From the NCBI GenBank assembly GCA_946965045.2, contig OX337240.1, forward strand, positions 1,922,001 through 1,986,000: a stretch of 64,000 nt of DNA, written 5' to 3'. Source of the DNA: Epithemia pelagica. Lineage: Eukaryota > Protista > Bacillariophyta. The notes below the pieces were generated by a model, which did not search any database, had not been told where the DNA came from, and saw only the letters and a program-made list of their open reading frames with translations. The stretch's first letter is position 1. Every line of letters begins with the position of its first letter. A program made the position numbers and the translations under genes. This document shows positions 22,983-34,906 of this stretch, piece by piece.

Positions 22983-25900
22983 CTAGACTTTGAGGGAAGC
23001 GTCGTTGATAGAAATTGATTCTGATTTCTCTACGACTGACGGATCTGGTTGAACGTCAGTCTTGGCTGAGAGAGCCGGTTGTAGGTAAGCTCCTCGGACA
23101 AAAGAGAAATCAAAATTCACATCTCGTTGCAAATCTTCCTTCAGACATTCGCGGGTCGGAAGATATGTGGCAACTCGAAAGTGCATTTGACGAATGTACA
23201 AATTGAATAGGACAGTGATGATCTTCCAAGACGAGGAATGGAAATGTTGAGCGGATCGGCCACAGAGGAAATGGTCAAGATTGCGGCGTCGCTTGACTTA
23301 CCAATAATGGGATGAACAAAGGAATCTGTTTCACTGCTTTCTTCAGACCGAGCAAACCGAAAACTATCCAAAAACAATTTAGTGAGACACGAGAAGCATT
23401 CTTCAAGACAGCCTCTTCACATGGACTTACTCGTAATTTCAGCTATCAGCATACAGGAAAGCATGATTTGGATAAAGGAGGCCCACAGCTTGCCGCCACT
23501 ATCGGGGTGTTTCCCGTAGATGTAAATGAATTGTCCTCGGTACATCGCGCCCATGAAAGCAAAACAGATCCATGTTATGATTGGCGTTATTGGAGAGATG
23601 ACGCAATAAACAAAGAGTACCATAAAGTACAACACCTGATAAAGATAGACGAGCCATCGTCAGATATGCCACGGCATATCAAAGACACTGACTTCCAAGA
23701 CTTACCAACTGAGAAGTGGAATCGGCGTGTTCGAAATTTCGCGGGGCACTGAGAGGTTTGAGTCCCATGTAATCCTTATTTCGTTCCTTCTCTGTGAGAT
23801 TCGGGCCAACGCGACCTCGAACTACTGCTTTCAATATTGGAAAAAGTCGGCACATCTCAAATGCGGCAGACCAAGCTGTTGAAACGAGAAGAATCTGCAT
23901 GAAATACGTTCCTTGTGATGGCAAGGTATTGGCCAAGAGATCAATGATCTCTGTCCAGTCTTCAATAATGTCGAAGACAGCCTGAGGGCGAATATTAAGA
24001 GAGTCAGCAAGACTGACGGCTCCTCCTCGCTTCCCATGTGGTAGTCCTTACGTACCTGCATCACACCCCCGGATACAGCACTGACAAAGAATGTTTGGAT
24101 AATCATAAAGAACGCCAACTTGACAAACGTAGAAGCTGTGAAAAGCTCGCGTGTTAGACGGAACAGGACACGAACGCAAATGACCACGAAGTGCACTCAC
24201 CCTCTACCACACCGGAAGAAATCGGTCCCTCGAATAGTGAGATGAATTCGAGAATCTTGGGTAACAATGCATTCAATGTAACTACAAGTAAGGGTGCAAT
24301 TTGTTCTGTAAACCGGACCAACCCTGGATACTTGTTGAACAAATCGTCGAGCCAATCTACGTCCTCTCGGACGGCCGACGCGTTAGACAAGGAGGCGAAG
24401 AACGAAATCGGAATGGTCCAAACTAAACACAACGCAATTGTCATTGTCAAAGACAAAAGCATCCCAACCTGCAAGTCTTTGTGCGTTCGACTGACATTTA
24501 ACCAGAAAACTGCAACCATGACAGGTTAGAAACAGGTGACACACCAAAACGCAATCTGAACACCAGTCACTCACTTTCTCTTGGGTCGGGTGCCTCCATG
24601 ATTTCCATGGCAAACGGCTTTTCGTGATGAATCATTTGTAGTGCAGCGTTTGTCGTACTGAGTTTTGAGAAAACAACAAAGCCGCCAGGAAAGATCTCTC
24701 CATCTTCTGTGCCCAGAACCATGGAAACTGCCCGATTCGCAACACCTGTGGCCGTCGTGGCCGCCGCACCAGCGGCAGTGGTCACCTTTTTCTGCATTTT
24801 TCGGCCCAGGCCGAAAATGACATTCTCTTTTCCATTTTCGTCGTTTCCAATAGAGGCTCCAGACGTCAAACCAGAAACGTTCATGTCAATTTTGGGAGAG
24901 TCAGTTCCGTTTGAAGGGGAGGTTGTGAACCCTGAAGGAAGTTCCAAAGCAATGTCCTCTTCGTCAGTGTGTTTCTCATCATTTTCATCGATAGGAACAT
25001 CGTCATGTTCAGGAGCATCCTCTTGCCCGGAACCTAGAAGAAGAGGCTCGAGTTTTGTCTTTCGTTCTTCAATGTCTTTGTTGAGTTTGTCAAGTTCTGC
25101 GGTGTAATAGTCTATCGAATCCACAGTTTCGCCTAGCACCATCAATTTATCATTGTGCTGTGGCCGAACGCCATCTTTTTGGTACTGCGCCCAGGCGTGC
25201 TCCAAGTTCGCTAGTGTCGTATCCCGTTGAGCAACCACTTTGGCAAGATTGGGAGCATTCAATGCCAACCGGGCTTCCAAGACATCATTCTCCGAAAAGC
25301 AACTGCGAAAGAAGGACTCCAGGCGTGGATTCGTTCGGAAGTCGGACGGAATATTGCGTACAAACACGGCAAAATGGCGCACCAAGGGCTTTCGAAGAAA
25401 TTTATGCCGCATTTTAATGTACCACTCAAACTCACGCAAAATCTGGTACATGGTATATCCAAACAAAATGTAGGACGCAAACACGGTGGCATACAAGCGA
25501 TTAGAGCCCGACGGTAAATGGGCAATGGTCGTTTTCACAACCTTGTCGGTAATATCGTCATTCTCCGATGAATCCTCTGAAGTAAAATAAATGGGGAGAA
25601 GCCAAATGGTATTGAACATCCCAACCAAACTAACGTCATGGGCACGTGAGAAATGAGTGAACCTCAGAAACTAAAGTCTGATTCTTAACACAAAACTCCT
25701 TACCTCAATCGGTAACCCATTTGAATGAGACGAACAAAGCACGCCGCGTCCAATCCGCATTCATCCATAATTTCGTCGTCGGTGATCATATAGAGTCGCC
25801 ACATCCATGAAAAGAATCGATATTGGTCTTCCGCAAGATACGTCTTGTAGTCTGGCGACCAGCTGCGAACGTTGTAGGCGTTTGGAAACCGTCGACGAAG

Positions 25901-26080
25901 CCAGCTAAAGACGATAATGATTCCAACAAGCAAACCACCGTAAATGATAATGGAATCGCGAAGAACTTTGGAATCATTGAAATCCTCATCCTCATCCTCA
26001 TCCGACTCCAAATATCGACCGCTTTGGACAAAGCTTGCTGTCTCACCGTCGGAGAGAGCCATGCTCTTCCACTCGTTCAT
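22983..26080 (-). CDS. OSCA/CSC1 channel, paralogue B; 8 exons, about 867 aa
   Basis: Exons 26080-25704, 25629-24575, 24509-24201, 24135-24056, 23981-23706, 23635-23431, 23363-23302, 23222-22983; CDS 2604 nt in frame; same motifs as paralogue A. Confidence 0.93.
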
Positions 26081-26468
26081 TGTTGTGCTTTTGGGAACGT
26101 CTCTTTTCTTTCTGTGGAAACAAGTAGAATGAAAGATAGAAGCCTCGGAAGAAACGGGAGAGAAACGAAACGAACAACAATCGGCGTAGGAGTCGACGAA
26201 AACGGATCTATTGAGGAAAAGAACTGCCCTCGATTGTTTTCAGTCCCAAAACCCAAGACACAAACTCTATGGCGCAACGGTTGCGTGTAATTGTTATTGC
26301 CTCATGAGAAATTTTTATGTGAAAACAAGACTGGCGCGATTTATAGATCATCGATTCGCGGGACTGAAACCATGATTGGAGAGAATTCCTCGCGGTCACT
26401 CCATCGAACAGATCTTACCGAGGCCAACAGTCTTATCTTTTTCAATTGCATCTACAAAACTCAACCAG

Positions 26469-27023
26469 TCATGGAACAAGTGACCGGAAGAAAATGTAAG
26501 CATCCACATACTCTTCCTTTCCAGCGTGATAAAATCCCTCGGGTACCGTGCCAATAATCTGGAATCCATTGGCTTTCCATACGCGAATGGCAGCTTCGTT
26601 CGTGGAAACGACGAGATTAAACTGCATGCCACGATAGCCATGTCGTTGTGCCGTACCAATGGAATGTTGACAAAGAGCTGAACCAATTCCCTTCCCTCGA
26701 CAATGGCTCGACACCATATAGGCTGCATTCACAATATGCTTTCCGTATCCAGGTTGATTAGCCTTCAAAATGTATGCACCCACAATTTGTAGTTGACCAT
26801 CGTTCTCTGGAACGAGCACAGTGGCAACAAACATGACGTTGTCGAGGTTCACCCACTCGCTTTCAATATCCTTTCGTTGGTACGTATCGTCGTAGGGGTA
26901 GAACACCTTTTGGTCCATAATCTCTAGCCACATACGCCAAACTTCCTCGAGGTCCTCTTTTTGTGCCTTGCGAATAGACACATGCCGTCTCTTTGTAGAT
27001 GTGGTATCTGACATTGACATCAT
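26469..27023 (-). CDS. GNAT N-acetyltransferase, bacterial/Mpr1 (azetidine-2-carboxylate acetyltransferase)-like, 184 aa, intronless
   Basis: GAYILKANQPGYGKHIVNAAYMV; acetyl-CoA motif A RGKGIG; GYRGMQFNLVVSTNEAAIRVWKANGFQIIGTVPEGF.H...YVDA. Confidence 0.9.
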   Translation of the reverse strand: MMSMSDTTSTKRRHVSIRKAQKEDLEEVWRMWLEIMDQKVFYPYDDTYQRKDIESEWVNLDNVMFVATVLVPENDGQLQIVGAYILKANQPGYGKHIVNAAYMVSSHCRGKGIGSALCQHSIGTAQRHGYRGMQFNLVVSTNEAAIRVWKANGFQIIGTVPEGFYHAGKEEYVDAYIFFRSLVP

Positions 27024-27544
27024 TGGAATGGTTTCATCAAAGTTTATTTTTCAGATGTTGGTCATTGACCACTTTCGCAGCTTCCACTTTCGAATGTTAG
27101 GGCGAATAGCTGGGTCTTGTTTGTCGGTGAGCCAAGTCGGATAAAATGACTTTGCTCGTGCTCACAATTCTATTGGCGGGATCAAGAGCGCAGCAAAATC
27201 TGAGATGCCGAAATGATCGAGTTGAGCGGTCTCTTTGGCACTGGGTCTCCAATGTCGAGAAACCTAATTACAGAAAAATGTTAATGCTTCATCCAAACTG
27301 TGCTAGCAAGAGCAAGTTAGTGTCACTATTCCTAAAAGAAACGACCACGCACTTTGACGTTTCCGGGAATCAATCAGTTGTTTGAATTGTACAAATCAGA
27401 CAGGAAGAAAAGAATCGTTGTTCAACGACAGCCTGTATATTATGTTCATTCCACCGCAATGATTGGTCTTTCATCACTTGGGTTCAACCCAGAGTGATGC
27501 GACCAGATGAAACAAGTAGTTGGAGTCCAACTTGACCCTTCTTC

Positions 27545-30500
27545 TTAGTCCGTGCTTGAAGACCAGGAGAAGATTGAGCTGCTGGGAACCAATGAAACAT
27601 TCAAGGGAAACAAAGAGCTGCTCTTCTCGACACTGGACGGCTTCGTACCCAGGCATTCCGAAAATTCGCCATTCATTTGCCCATTGGTGGCCAGTTCCTC
27701 GTCATCACTAGGACTATCGGTGCTGGCTGGACTGTCATCCTTGTTGGAAACTGGGATTATGCTTTTCGCAGCTGCCAGGGATGGTTGGATGTAAGCACCT
27801 CGAGCAAACGAAAGATCAATCCCTCCATTGTGTTGGTTATCTTCCATTAGGCATTCGCGGGTTGGGAGATAGGAGGCCACCCGAAAGTGGATCTGACGAA
27901 TATAAAAATTGAACAAAACAGTGATGAACTGGATGACAACTTAGATGAGATTGACAACCAACTGAGATCGCACACAAAACAAAACGCGACTGACCATTAA
28001 TGGGAGGTAGAGCGGTAGTTGCTTTACCGCCTTCTTGAGACCAAGTAAGCCAAAAACTGGTAAGCCGGCGAGGATGAGTAGAGTGAGAGCACGGAGAAAA
28101 CCAGCAATCGGTGAAATGCAAGAAAGAACTCACTCGTGATCTCTGCGATAAGCATACAACTAAGCATGACTTGGATGTAGTGGGCCCACAGTTTGCCACC
28201 ACTATCTGGGTTCTTGTCGTATATGTACATGAACTGGCCGCGAAACATGGCTCCCATGAACGCAAAGCACGGAAGCGTAATCAGTGGCGTAAGCGGATAA
28301 ATTACGGCAAATACAAAAAGAACCATGAAATAGAGCACCTTTCAGGAAAGGACAAGCAGCATTGTGAGAATGTGGATTATGCGCTGCAAAGCTCTTAGGT
28401 GGTTAAAGACTTACAAGTTGCGCCGTATAATCAGCATGCTCAAAGTCTTGCGGGCAACTAAGTGGTCGCAAACCGACATAAACCTTGTTCCGTTGTTTCT
28501 CCGTCAGTCGTGGTCCCATGTGTGCCCTCAAAATTGCCAGTGAGATAGGGATCAAACGAAGCATCTCAACACCTGCATCCGTTGCAGTGGTGACCAACAC
28601 GATTTGCATAAAATATGTCCCTTGAGCCGGCAGAGAGTTTGCCAAGAGATCAATTATTTTTGTCCAGTCATCGATGATATCGGAGATGGCCTATGACCCA
28701 ACAGCAAGTTGAGTTTTACAATTCCCCATTATGTTGTTCCCATGCACCAGCCGTTGACGTACCTGGATTACGCTCCCCGAGATAGCACTCACAAAAAACG
28801 TTTGGATGATTGTGAAAGCGGCGAGTTTGATGAACTTGGAAGCTGCAAGACCAAGATGGCATTTCAGATGGGATTTTGCAAAGAAGAAGCTCGACAATGC
28901 TACATAAACGTACCTTGAACTTTCCCACTGGAGATCGGGCCTTCACACAATGTAATGGCCTCTAAAATGTTCGGGAGAATCCAATTGAACGCAACGACAA
29001 GTAGAGGCGCAAGCTGTTCTGTGACCTGAACGAGCCGCGGATACCGATTGAAAAGGTCATCCAGCCATTCAATATCTTGCCTGACCGCAGAGGCATTTGA
29101 TAGAGATGCAAAGAACGACATTGGAATTGTCCACAGCAAACACAAGCCAACTGACATTCCAAAAGAAGCCAACATACCAAGCTGTAGATCTTTGTGCGTT
29201 CGTCCAATGTTTGCCCAATAGACTGTATATGACCGCATGAACAGATTTTAGTTAATTTGAAAGCGAACAAGAAAATCAGGAATTGTGCATGGTCTTACCG
29301 TCTTTCGGATCTGGGGCCTCCATAACTTCCATGGCAAAAGGTTTTTCATGGTGAATCATTTGTTTTGCAGCATTTGTAATACTCCGTTTGGTAAATACGA
29401 CAAACGCAGCCGAATGGACTTCCCCATCTCCTCCCAGGATCATGGAAACGGCACGGTTGGCGAACTTGACTGATTCACGGACGGCAAGGTTGGCGACTTT
29501 GGAGGCCGCAGAGGTTGCTGTACCAGCGACTTGGGCCACCGCTTTGGCTGTTGTGACCGAGCTATGGAGAGAGCGCCTTAGTGCATTGTTGACGTTGAAC
29601 GATTCTCCTCGTTCCGTGTCCGTCATATCACAAGTACTTGAAGTGTGTTCCGAGGCATGATTGGCGCTAACATCATCGTCCAGTTGTTTCATTTCTTGGG
29701 AGCCATTGCTGGTTGCAAGGTGTGGTGGTAGTTGCATGGAAATAGACTCCTCGTCCTCAAAGCTAAAGGCACCACTTACCTCAGTGTCTGGTGTTTGTGG
29801 ATATTGTCGGGTTCTTTGAGATGGCGGTGGCGCGGAACCGTTGACTATCGCCTGCAGGGCTTCAACCCGCTCTGTTAATTCTTTGTTTTGTTCTTTTAGT
29901 TGCTCCGTGTAGTATTCAATGGAATCAAGGCTTTCACCCAAGAGCATGAGCTGTTCTTTCTGACGTGGGCGAACACCATCCCTTTCGTACTTTGCTTGAG
30001 CGTGTTCGAGATTGGCGACGGTAGCTTCTCGTTGTGCGACAAGTCTACCAAGACTCGGGGTATGAATGGCCAATCGCGCCTCCAAAACAGAATCATTGGA
30101 GAAACAGTTGCTAAAGAACTCTTCCAGTCGTTGGTTGTTTCGATACATGGGTGGAATATTTCGGACAAAAATGGCAAAATGCCTGACCAATGGTTTCCGC
30201 AGAAACTTGTGTCGCATTTCAATGTACCATTCAAATTCTACAAGAATCTGGTACATGGTATACCCAAACATTATATAGGCTGCCAAGACAGTACCATAAA
30301 GGCGCAAGGATCCAGACGGTACGTTGGCAATGGTAGTTTTCACAACCCTGTCGGAAATGTCTGCTGTCTCCTCTGATTCCTCCGAAGTTCGGTAAATCGG
30401 CAGCAACCATAACATGTTAAACAAGGCCACCATACTAAATACGTTTTATGGTAAGACATTCAAGAGCAAGGCATATCAGATGTGTGTGTACGGCGAACTG

Positions 30501-30894
30501 ACTCAACACGGGGAATGACACCTTACCTTAACCTGTAGCCCATTTGAATGAGATGAATGAAACAGGCCGCATCGAGACCACATTGATCCATAATTTCGTC
30601 GTCGGTGACCATATAGACGCGCCACATCCAGGAGAAGAATCGGTATTGATCCTCAGCCAGGTAGGTTTTGAGATCATCCACCCAATTTCGGACATTGTAC
30701 ACTCGTGGAAATCTTCGGCGAAGCCAGCTAAATGCCACAATGGTCACGACCAACAAACCTCCATATAAAATGATGGAATCTTTCAAGACTTCGGATTCCT
30801 TGAACTCGGTCGTTCCATTGTCATCCTCACCCGATGACAAACTACGACTGTTGGTGGACAAAGGAAGGAGGGCGGAGACAAGGAAATGGAGCAT
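27545..30894 (-). CDS. OSCA/CSC1 channel, paralogue C; 8 exons, about 939 aa
   Basis: Exons 30894-30527, 30434-29299, 29222-28914, 28842-28763, 28690-28415, 28338-28134, 28056-27995, 27928-27545; CDS 2820 nt in frame. Confidence 0.93.
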
Positions 30895-31414
30895 TTGTGT
30901 TTGACATGCAGGCTTCAGGCTTGAGTCAAGGACAGCACTCCAACAGCAATGTATGCACCGTCTTCAAGGACAAGAGACAAGTAAATAATATACCTAGACG
31001 CAGAACTTCTGATGCGAGTATGGACCAATGGATTGATTCTTTTTGGGGAAGAAGCTTTACGTTGGTGCCGGGTTTGCAATCCCTTGCAATTGTGCCCGAA
31101 AATGTGGGTCGACGGGGGAAATTGATCGGAGTGTGGGTTTGGCTGTTGGAAGCCGTTTGTGCAGGACCAAACAAGTCTTGTTGCGCCTCTTAATTAAAAG
31201 TCCCTGCTCACGCGTCGCTTGTGCACTCTTGTTTTTCTTTATGATCGTGGCGCGCGCCTGACTTGCAAAGAGTGCTGGCTCACTCATGCTCATGCCGAGG
31301 TTCCGAATACGAGTCCCGCAGAAAATAAATGAAGCCCCAGCGGTCCTCACCCACCGAAGTGGGAAGCACACTGTCTGTCGAGCGAAAGAATGACCAGATG
31401 CAGTAGAGCATAGG

Positions 31415-32485
31415 ATGGCTTCACAAGCGGCAAAGGATGAGGAGGAGAACAAGTCGAATCCTTATCTACAGCGACGAGCCGCCAAGATTGCGGAGAATGA
31501 AAAACGCTTGCGAGAGCTTGGCTTGTTGTCCACAAGGAAAGTGACCACCACGTCATTGGCCGTCGCCTTGACCGCCCCGCTGTCCAATAGTCGCACCCGA
31601 GCCTTGGATAATCCATCCCCGGCGCCGATTCGGCGGTCCAAACGTTTGCGACACAATAACCCTGTGTCCCTCCCAGACGACGCGAAGGACACTGTTCAGA
31701 AGAATCATCCGCCTCGCAAAAGACAGCCTGTTCCCAATACGGCACAATCTGCGCCAAAGATATCTCGACCGACAACCTCAGTGCCTGTGCCAGCTAATTC
31801 CGCGAGGGCAATTGATATCGATGTTCATCGCCTTTTGTTTGGAACTAGTGGCGATAAAGGAGAGCCAAATGATACTGGATTGCTGGGCAAGCAACTTGCA
31901 AACATTGGCAAGGCCTTTGTCATGCAAGAATCAGTACGATTGGCAGGTGTTGGGAAAGAATGGGAAGAAAAGGATGCTTCTCCTAACATGATTTCGTTCA
32001 ACAAATATTCGGGTGTGCAGGAATGGCGCAACAATGTTTTGTTTCTTTGGGTCAATCTCAATGCACCCCAGTGCGAAGTAAACAACGAATTTCCCGAGAA
32101 TGGAACGCAGATCACTTGGTACGGTGGTAGTCGCATGCATGACGAGAGTCCTGTTATTCAAAAGCTTATTGAAGTGGCAAAACAACAACAAACTCAACAC
32201 TCGAGTGGTGAACAAGGGAACTCCCAAGGCGATCCTAATGACGCCGCGAGCACACCAAGCAGCAATTCATTGTATTCTGGTGGCATACTTTTGTGGTGCC
32301 GACGTTATGTGGCGAGTTTGAAAGGATTTACTCCCTATACTTGTCTTGGACGACTTTCCTACCAATCGCATGAACCATACTCTCGTCCATTGGCCTTTGT
32401 GTTTAATTTGGTGGATTATCCACTTCTAATGGACCATCCAGATCCCAAGGCCCAGGCCTTGTTTCAAGAAATGATTCGGTTTTGA
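31415..32485 (+). CDS. Uncharacterised, probably nuclear, protein: N-terminal Y..RR...I.EN...L..LGL motif plus a C-terminal SRA/DUF3427-like (PUA-fold) domain, 356 aa
   Basis: NPYLQRRAAKIAENEKRLRELGLL; RRSKRLR; FNKYSGVQEWRNNVLFLWVNL...NEFPENGTQITWYGG...ILLWCR...YTCLGRL.Y...PLAFVFNL.DY. The ORF is solid; the fold call is tentative. Confidence 0.75.
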   Translation: MASQAAKDEEENKSNPYLQRRAAKIAENEKRLRELGLLSTRKVTTTSLAVALTAPLSNSRTRALDNPSPAPIRRSKRLRHNNPVSLPDDAKDTVQKNHPPRKRQPVPNTAQSAPKISRPTTSVPVPANSARAIDIDVHRLLFGTSGDKGEPNDTGLLGKQLANIGKAFVMQESVRLAGVGKEWEEKDASPNMISFNKYSGVQEWRNNVLFLWVNLNAPQCEVNNEFPENGTQITWYGGSRMHDESPVIQKLIEVAKQQQTQHSSGEQGNSQGDPNDAASTPSSNSLYSGGILLWCRRYVASLKGFTPYTCLGRLSYQSHEPYSRPLAFVFNLVDYPLLMDHPDPKAQALFQEMIRF

Positions 32486-32584
32486 GCACTAGCAGAGGTG
32501 CAGGGGCCAGTCTCGAGAACCCGGAGTTCGAATTCCTGTTTCCCCAAAGTTTCAAATTTAGTTTAGAAATTGTCTACGGGCTGA

Positions 32585-33711
32585 TCAAAAGGCCTTTGTG
32601 GATCCCAGAGGTTGGTTCGTTTCACCTCTAGTGGCATGAGGATTGTTGGTGGGATTACTCCTGTCGCCATCCAGGTCACCAATTCTAAGTTGCTTTTGAA
32701 TCTTCCAGCGGAAGATTGGGTTTGTTCTTGTAGCCTTTAGCATTTGATTAAACTCATCTGACTGCAATCCGTGTTTCTTAACAATCGCTTCTGCCTGCAG
32801 TGGAAAGGCTTCTACCACAGCCCGAACGCGGGGCGCCAAGAACGGCAGCAAGGCTCGATCGCTAATATTGACATTTTCAGGGAAACGGTCCACTTGAAGG
32901 GACTTTTTCAAGCGTTCCACCTGGCCAGCGCGTAGCTTTTCAATCTCATTCATGGACTCACAAAACATTCGAACTTTGTCCCGACGAAACGTCGCCAGCA
33001 AATCGTTGGGACTACGCAGAGCATCGGCCTCTTCGTCGTAATCGATAAAATGTGATCGATCCATGTTGATTGTTGCTGCCATTCGATACAAATAAGCTTG
33101 TTCCATTACCTGTTTGTAGACGTTCGAAGTAGCGTCGCAACAACTATTGTGGGTTCATGTATGCAGATTTCTTTGGTCGAAGAAGAAATGCGGGTCTGAC
33201 GTACCTTCCCCTTTAGTTTTGAATCCTGAGCAATCTCACCTCCCAGTTCGTTGAATTGCTTGACAGACATCCCCATTGCTCGCAACACCCTTCCCGAGTT
33301 TTTGATGTACGCTTGCGCGATTTTCCGTCGATTCTTGGCCTGTTGGGCGATGAAATCATCCAATGTGGAAGTGGATTCGTCGTCCCCTTGTGATTTCTGA
33401 AGCTCTTCGGCCAGATCTCGATCGCGTATACGACGCAGTCCTTCAGTAGCCGCGAGACACGCAGCATAACGATCAAAGATTTCTTCTTCACTGCTGAACA
33501 AACTTGGCATTTCATCCAGAGGCATGTTATCGCCTATTACTCGCCGCATTTTGGGTGACGAAATTACTCTGGATGACTGAGCCCTCGTGTTGTGATACGC
33601 TGGTGCTGCAACTGCCGAAGCATCGGCATGAACAAGAGCTAGGAGAAAAATCACAAGCAGCGTTGTCCACATAGTTGGTCGACTCGGCATCTTCTTCTTC
33701 GTCTTCGCCAT
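32585..33711 (-). CDS. Signal-peptide-bearing DUF4168-like helical protein; 2 exons
   Basis: Exons 33711-33205 and 33109-32585 (95-nt GT-AG intron; 1032 nt in frame). Signal MWTTLLVIFLLALVHADA. Repeated motif AEAIVKKHGLQSDEFNQM / RVLRAMGMSVKQFNEL. Confidence 0.75.
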
Positions 33712-34271
33712 CTTCAAAGATGTGTATGTGTATTGGGGGCCAATCTCAAATTTTGGAATTTCGCTGTTTTTTGAGATATCTGTGGGAAGTGGGAAGAGAG
33801 TTGTCGACATGCAGTTCCCGTATTGTACACTACTATAAAAAGTCATCGTATGAATCGCTTTTTTCCTCGATTACAAGCGACCATCGAGCGTTAAAAACGT
33901 CAGAAGTGCGTTGGATTTAACGCTCGTTGAACAATACCTAGCGTCAAATAATTAACCGGTGGTTGATGAATATGATAACTTCATATCCTTTCACTATAGG
34001 TTGTACATGGCGCACGACTCCGTACTTGTGGTAGTAAGCATACAACCGGGCGTTATTTCAACGTCATTCACGCTGAGGTGGGGATGAATCCACTCGGGAA
34101 AAGTCGTCGGTTAACGCGACAACGCAACAGCGACAGCGACACCCTCTGTCCCGTACCATCAACAGCAACAACAGCGGTGGCCCTTTCACCACTTGTGGAG
34201 TGGAGTAGCGTAGTGTAATTTGCTTCGAAGCAAGGTGACACCACTTTTCCATCATGCTTCTGGAAACGATA

Positions 34272-34906
34272 ATGAAGCGAGCGTTTCAAACGCAAGTGCA
34301 GTATTTTCGACGCACGGCATCGGAGGGCATTTACTGGGCCTTGCCTCTTGCGGCTGGAGGGCTTTGGTTTGTGTGGCCTCTGTTCGACGATGACGATATG
34401 CTTGCGCTTGGTTTAATGAAAGACCCAGATACGGATGTCAACATGGTTCACGATGCCAAAATGAAGAGATTGGAAGCCTACAATGCTGCCAAGGGCATTA
34501 AGTTGAGTGCGAAGACGTCCAAGGCAGCAGCGGAGGAAGAAGAAGAGGAGGAAGAAGAAACCGAAGAATCAGGATCAGAAGGCGAGGAGGAAGAAGCTGG
34601 CGAAGAAGAAGGTGAATCAGGTGAAGAAGGAGAAGGTGGTGATGAAGAGGAAGAAGAGGAGGAAGAAGAAGAAGAAGAGGAGGCCAAGCCAGAAAAATTC
34701 GGTGTGTTCCTCCCATCTAAAGGTGACAAGTTAACTCTTCAAGAACAATGGGATAATTTCACGCTCAAAGCCGTGAGCTATGGTGAAGATGACGACGACG
34801 ATGATGATGATGACGATGGTACGTAAATTACTACCTGTCACTGATGAGCCAAACACTTTCTTTTTCTCATAATTCTTTTTTATTTTATGTTATAGACGAC
34901 GAGTAA
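34272..34906 (+). CDS. Small single-TM protein with a very long Glu/Asp-rich tail (weak resemblance to complex III small subunits); 2 exons
   Basis: Exon 34272 (or 34254)-34818, intron 34819-34895 (GTACGT...TAG), exon 34896-34906 (ends DDE*). TM segment GIYWALPLAAGGLWFVWP; poly-Glu at about 34535-34683. Confidence 0.75.

Noticed and set aside
32490-32546. tRNA-like fragment with A-box-like TAGCAGAGGTG and B-box-like GTTCGAATTCC
   Set aside because: The boxes are only about 36 nt apart, the T-stem pairs poorly, and no cloverleaf or 7-bp acceptor stem can be built.
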